A stretch of DNA of 50,281 bases from Polyangiaceae bacterium (GTDB lineage Bacteria; Myxococcota_A; Polyangia; Polyangiales; Polyangiaceae). Each line of letters begins with the position of its first letter. Position 1 is the stretch's first letter. The position numbers and the translations under genes were made by a program. The stretch is from the NCBI GenBank assembly GCA_050287085.1, contig JBNKBE010000032.1:1-50281 (forward strand), given 5' to 3'. Under the pieces are notes generated by a model. That model ran no database searches and was not told the origin of the DNA. It worked only from the letters and a program-made list of their open reading frames with translations. This document shows, in pieces, positions 46,205 to 50,281 of this stretch.

Positions 46205-48274
46205 GTGGTGTTTGAGATTGGTAACCTGACGTCAGAGATCGCGCAGCTACAGGACTACGACTTGTATCGCGACTTGTCGTGGGAGGGTAGCTTCGAGGAA
46301 TACCTGGAGCTCATCAAAGAGCGGCCGAAGATCACTCGTAACGCCTTCCAGCGCGTTTACGACATGGTGCTCTCCTACGGGACGGAAGAGTACATAGACA
46401 ACAAGAAGCGGCTCGTTCGCTACATGTTCTTTCAAGACCCGATCGACAATGGAAAGGATGCAGTCTTCGGGCTCGATATTCCATTGATGCGACTGATGAA
46501 CGTCTTGAAGGCTGCTTCTGCTGGCTATGGTCCTGAGAGACGCGTCATTCTGTTGCACGGTCCTGTGGGGTCGAGCAAGAGCACGATCGCACGTTTGCTG
46601 AAGAAAGGTCTCGAACGATACTCACAGACGCCTGACGGCGCCATGTATACGTTCAAGTGGGTAAACCTGAAGGGTACCGGATTGGCCGGCGAGACCGAGG
46701 ACGAGTTCGACTCGCCCATGCACGATGAACCGCTGCGACTGATCCCTCTGGAGTGGAGAAAAGCGGCACTGGGCAAGCTCAGCGTTCCCGAGGGGCCATT
46801 CAAGCTGCGTGTTGAAGGTGATCTGGACCCAGCGAGCCGCTTCATCTTTCAGGGCTTGATGGCCAAGTACGGCGGCGATTGGGGCAAGGTAGTTGCCAAA
46901 CACATTCGCGTGAGGCGACTGGTTCTCAGTGAAAAAGACCGGGTAGGCATTGGTACCTTCCAGCCCAAGGATGAAAAGAACCAAGACTCGACCGAGTTGA
47001 CCGGGGACATCAACTACAGAAAGATCGCTACCTACGGCTCCGACTCGGACCCGCGGGCATTCAACTTTGACGGCGAGTTCAACATTGCCAACCGTGGCAT
47101 CGTCGAGTTCGTGGAGATGCTCAAGCTGGATGTGGCATTCCTCTACGACCTGCTCGGTGCTTCGCAGGAGCACAAGATCAAGCCGAAGAAGTTTGCGCAG
47201 ACTGACATTGACGAAGTCATCATCGGTCACACCAACGAAGCTGAGTACAAGCGACTCGTTACCAATGAGTTCATGGAGGCCTTGCGTGACCGCACCATCA
47301 AGATAGACATACCGTATATCACGCGCTTGTCCGACGAGGTGCGGATCTATGAGAAGGAGTTCAACGCTCAACGCGTGAAGGGCAAGCATATTGCGCCCCA
47401 TACCGCCGAGGTAGCCGCGATGTGGGCGGTTCTTACCCGCCTAGAAACTCCCAAGAAGCACAATCTGCAAGTTCAGCAGAAGATGAAGCTCTACGACGGT
47501 AAAGTGCTTCCCGGCTACACACAGGACACCGTCAAGGAGCTGCGGAAAGAGAGCGCGGAAGAGGGCATGTCGGGGATCAGTCCTCGCTACGTTCAGGATA
47601 AGATCAGCAACGCATTGGTGAGTGAAGTCGCCGAGGGCACCATCAATCCCTTCATGGTTCTGAATGAACTGGAAAAGGGGCTGACCAACCACTCGTTGAT
47701 AACCAACGAAGACCAGCGAAAGCGCTACAAAGAACTCATCGGCGTTGTTAAGTCGGAATACGACGAGATCGTCAAGAATGAGGTGCAGCGGGCGATCAGC
47801 GCGGACGAAGAGGGCATCTCCAAGCTTGCCGCCAACTACATCGACAACATCAAGGCCTACACCCTCAAGGAGCGAGTCAAGAATCGCTACACCGGGCAGG
47901 ATGAGGAACCGGATGAGCGCTTGATGCGCGCAATCGAGGAAAAGATCGACATTCCCGACAACCGCAAGGATGATTTCCGGCGGGAGATCATGAATTACAT
48001 CGGCGCCAAGGCCATTGAGGGTCAGAAGTTCGACTGGCAGAGCAACGACCGCCTACGCCGAGCGCTCGAGCTGAAGCTATTCGAAGACCAGAAGGACAGC
48101 ATCAAGTTGAAGACCTTGGTCAGCGCGGTCGTTGACAAGGAAACTCAAGAGAAGATTGATATCATCCGAGGCCGACTCATTCGCTACTTCGGGTACAACG
48201 AGGTGAGTGCGACCGACGTGCTCAACTACGTGGCTTCGATCTTCGCTCGCGGTGACGTCAAGGGCGGCGAGTAG
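46205..48274 (+). CDS. prkA: PrkA/YeaG family AAA+ serine protein kinase
   Basis: [12 protein letters not shown]alker [62 protein letters not shown]. Confidence 0.95.
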   Translation: MVFEIGNLTSEIAQLQDYDLYRDLSWEGSFEEYLELIKERPKITRNAFQRVYDMVLSYGTEEYIDNKKRLVRYMFFQDPIDNGKDAVFGLDIPLMRLMNVLKAASAGYGPERRVILLHGPVGSSKSTIARLLKKGLERYSQTPDGAMYTFKWVNLKGTGLAGETEDEFDSPMHDEPLRLIPLEWRKAALGKLSVPEGPFKLRVEGDLDPASRFIFQGLMAKYGGDWGKVVAKHIRVRRLVLSEKDRVGIGTFQPKDEKNQDSTELTGDINYRKIATYGSDSDPRAFNFDGEFNIANRGIVEFVEMLKLDVAFLYDLLGASQEHKIKPKKFAQTDIDEVIIGHTNEAEYKRLVTNEFMEALRDRTIKIDIPYITRLSDEVRIYEKEFNAQRVKGKHIAPHTAEVAAMWAVLTRLETPKKHNLQVQQKMKLYDGKVLPGYTQDTVKELRKESAEEGMSGISPRYVQDKISNALVSEVAEGTINPFMVLNELEKGLTNHSLITNEDQRKRYKELIGVVKSEYDEIVKNEVQRAISADEEGISKLAANYIDNIKAYTLKERVKNRYTGQDEEPDERLMRAIEEKIDIPDNRKDDFRREIMNYIGAKAIEGQKFDWQSNDRLRRALELKLFEDQKDSIKLKTLVSAVVDKETQEKIDIIRGRLIRYFGYNEVSATDVLNYVASIFARGDVKGGE

Positions 48275-48288
48275 CTGCTCTCGCGCTT

Positions 48289-48451
48289 AGGGCCCGCGGG
48301 TGGGAAAAGTCCCACTCCGTCGGCCGAGCCTCTTGCTGCGGCGGGCGGGCTCGTGGGGCTACTCCAGTAGCCCCACGGTGCTCGCCCTTCACGCACCCAC
48401 CTCGCGGCGGCATCGACCGGCTCACGACTGGCTTTCCCATCCGCGGGCCCT
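48289..48451. repeat. 163-bp element bounded by 19-bp imperfect inverted repeats, with internal hairpins
   Basis: agggcccgcgggtgggaaa (48289-48307) versus tttcccatccgcgggccct (48433-48451), one mismatch. Internal perfect stem cgtggggctact/agtagccccacg (48352-48377). Confidence 0.7.
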
Positions 48452-48455
48452 TGGC

Positions 48456-49190
48456 TCAAGGCAGCACCCCGTGGGCCCGGAGCTCAGCGAGTGCCTTGTC
48501 CAGGGCCGCGGGAGAGCTTGGCAGCGACGCCTCTGGATCGGCGAGCCGCGCTATCGCCATGATGCCAAGCGACGTTGGATGGAAGGCACGGCCAAGTCCG
48601 GTCTTTGGATCTCGATATACGAGTAGAGTTGTCTGACGCGCCTCGGGGGTATGGGGCTGCTCGTCCGTGCTGTGCTTGGCGGGGGAAGGGGTGTCGTTGT
48701 GCTGCAGCCGTCGCCGAGCGTCGCGTGCAAAGTCGACCACGGCGAAGTCGTACTGGCGCACGAAGAGCGTTCGCTCCAGCCCCGGGTCTTGGGGGCTCGG
48801 CACGTGCTCAGAGACAGACGCGGCGTACAACAGCCATTCGTAGTCGGCCAGTTCGGCTGCGGCTGGATGGTCTGGGTGGTGTTCTTCGATATAGGTCGCG
48901 AGCGACTCGCCGAAGCGGTTTGGGTCGTAGTGTGAGGGCGGGTACTGTTGCTCCATGCCGGCTATGATCGCCGGCCAGAGATTGTCCTTGCGGCTCTCGA
49001 AGTACCATCGCGTTGCGGGCTGCAAACGATTGAGTATGTGGGTGACGTTGCGTTGGATCAACGTACGGTAGAAGCTGAACCGCGCCACGCCGGAGGGGCT
49101 GGGTCCAAAGGCTGCGCTGAAGTCATCAGCTCTCGTTCGCCCTGACAGGAAGTCCCGCATTTGCTGATGGAAGACTTCAAGCGACACCAA
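48456..49190 (-). CDS. MNIO partner protein (DUF2063-like, BufC/HvfC-type)
   Basis: FHQQMRDFL...RFSFYR..I..N...IL....PAT...PP...FG..L..Y...ELADYEW pattern; overlaps the MNIO stop by 14 bp. Confidence 0.85.
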   Translation of the reverse strand: MVSLEVFHQQMRDFLSGRTRADDFSAAFGPSPSGVARFSFYRTLIQRNVTHILNRLQPATRWYFESRKDNLWPAIIAGMEQQYPPSHYDPNRFGESLATYIEEHHPDHPAAAELADYEWLLYAASVSEHVPSPQDPGLERTLFVRQYDFAVVDFARDARRRLQHNDTPSPAKHSTDEQPHTPEARQTTLLVYRDPKTGLGRAFHPTSLGIMAIARLADPEASLPSSPAALDKALAELRAHGVLP

Positions 49191-50181
49191 CTACCTCGGG
49201 CTGTGGGGACACTTCAGAAAGTACACCGGGTTGCTTCTGAGGGAGAGTGCGAGCGCCGGCGGCGGGTTCGACCTTCATCTGACGCCAGTGGTCCTGCGCT
49301 TGTCGGAATAGGAGCTTTGCGCGATCGGCTTCGTTCAGTACGACGTCAAGGGGCGGAATGTTTGTGTCCCATTCGATCAACGTTGGTACTGGTCCCAGCT
49401 GACGTAGCACTCGCTCGTAGAGCGCCCAAACCGGATCAGCAATTGGCTCGCCGTGGGTGTCGAGTAATACATCACACTCCACGTCCTGAGCGTGACCGGC
49501 CAAATGGATTTGGACGCTGCGTTCGAGTGGCAATGACTGCATCAGCGTCCACGGATCGCGCTTGTGATTGCGGGCGTTCAGGTAGGCGTTGTTGACGTCC
49601 AGCAGCAACCACGCGTCGGACTCTGCCAACACGGCGCTCACAAACTCCCCCTCGCTCAAGAGCGACGAAGGCTCGATGTCCCTGCTAGCGGGCATTTCAG
49701 CGTAGTAGGTGATGTTCTCGAGAGCGATGGGCCGCTCCAAGCGTTCAGAGGCTTCTCGCACGCGTTGTGCCACGTGACGCACGGCCTCTTCCGTAAACGG
49801 AAGGGGCAACAGATCGTGAAAGTAGTGGCCCGCAATATGCTGGTAGCACAGATGATCAGAAAAGAAGGGCGCCTCGATTCGATCTAGCAGCACCTTGAGT
49901 CGCCTCAGGTAGTCACCATCCAACGGATCGGGTCCCCCGATATTCAACGCTACGCCATGGGCCAGTAGCGGGAAGCGCTCCTCGGCCTGCTTGAGGGCTT
50001 GTTGTCGTGCTCCTCCTTGGGCGATGAAGTTTTCTGGGATGAACTCCAACCAGTCGAGTGAGCGTTGAGTTGAAAGAATACTCTCGTAGAGCTCGCGTCT
50101 GAAGCCGATACCCACGCCGAGTTCGCGCTTTATGGGCGCTCCACTCGGCGCACGTCGGGCACAATCCGCGGACGTGGGCAA
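49177..50181 (-). CDS. Multinuclear non-heme iron-dependent oxidative enzyme (MNIO, DUF692 family)
   Basis: GVGIGFR, WLEFIPENF, HGVALNIG, SDHLC, DLLPLP, ALENI, LLLDVNN, QIHLAGH, DTHG, LIEWD; TTG start. Confidence 0.95.
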   Translation of the reverse strand: MPTSADCARRAPSGAPIKRELGVGIGFRRELYESILSTQRSLDWLEFIPENFIAQGGARQQALKQAEERFPLLAHGVALNIGGPDPLDGDYLRRLKVLLDRIEAPFFSDHLCYQHIAGHYFHDLLPLPFTEEAVRHVAQRVREASERLERPIALENITYYAEMPASRDIEPSSLLSEGEFVSAVLAESDAWLLLDVNNAYLNARNHKRDPWTLMQSLPLERSVQIHLAGHAQDVECDVLLDTHGEPIADPVWALYERVLRQLGPVPTLIEWDTNIPPLDVVLNEADRAKLLFRQAQDHWRQMKVEPAAGARTLPQKQPGVLSEVSPQPEVVGVA

Positions 50182-50281
50182 TTAATTGCCCTGCCCTGGA
50201 CACCCCGCTTGCCCAGGGCATCCAGCGTCCAGAGCGGAAGCGCCGCCGGTCCCCGGGCAACCCGCATCCCCCGGGCAGCCG
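50182..50281 (-). CDS. Partial (5'-truncated by window edge) putative RiPP precursor with GCPG repeats
   Basis: Manual translation of the minus strand from 50280 gives GCPGDAGCPGTGGASALDAGCPGQAGCPGQGN-TAA. The stop (50184-50182) directly abuts the MNIO TTG start. The repeats differ only at synonymous positions. Confidence 0.8.
   Translation of the reverse strand, partial: GCPGDAGCPGTGGASALDAGCPGQAGCPGQGN

Overview
High-GC bacterial window with dense coding. The gene content (Cys-rich lipoproteins, DUF1592/DUF1588 and DUF6600-like proteins, many hybrid kinases) suggests Myxococcota; that assignment is an inference. From left to right it holds: a partial outer-membrane protein and a Cys-rich lipoprotein; an RND pump with its MFP, a BON/OmpA + COG3743 gene pair and a TetR gene with a visible operator; a YfiR-hybrid kinase relay; radD, an RRM RNA-binding protein with a long structured leader, and moaA; a ~15.6-kb signalling island (FixL-type tandem heme-PAS hybrid kinase with CheR and CheB, REC-REC-GGDEF-EAL, a CheB-CheR fusion, several REC proteins and kinases, but no MCP/CheA/CheW); a DEAD-box helicase; Moco genes including a NarM-like::MoaC fusion; a DUF6600-like protein; and an isolated prkA. 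At the right edge is an MNIO (DUF692) + DUF2063-like RiPP cluster. The most interesting observation is absent from the ORF track: the 3' end of a probable precursor peptide directly upstream of the MNIO gene (50182..50281, minus strand, ...GCPGDAGCPGTGGASALDAGCPGQAGCPGQGN*) with four GCPG repeats, a core motif I do not recognise from characterised MNIO substrates. No rRNA, tRNA, CRISPR array or transposase was seen. All family assignments come from motif recognition by eye, not from database searches.
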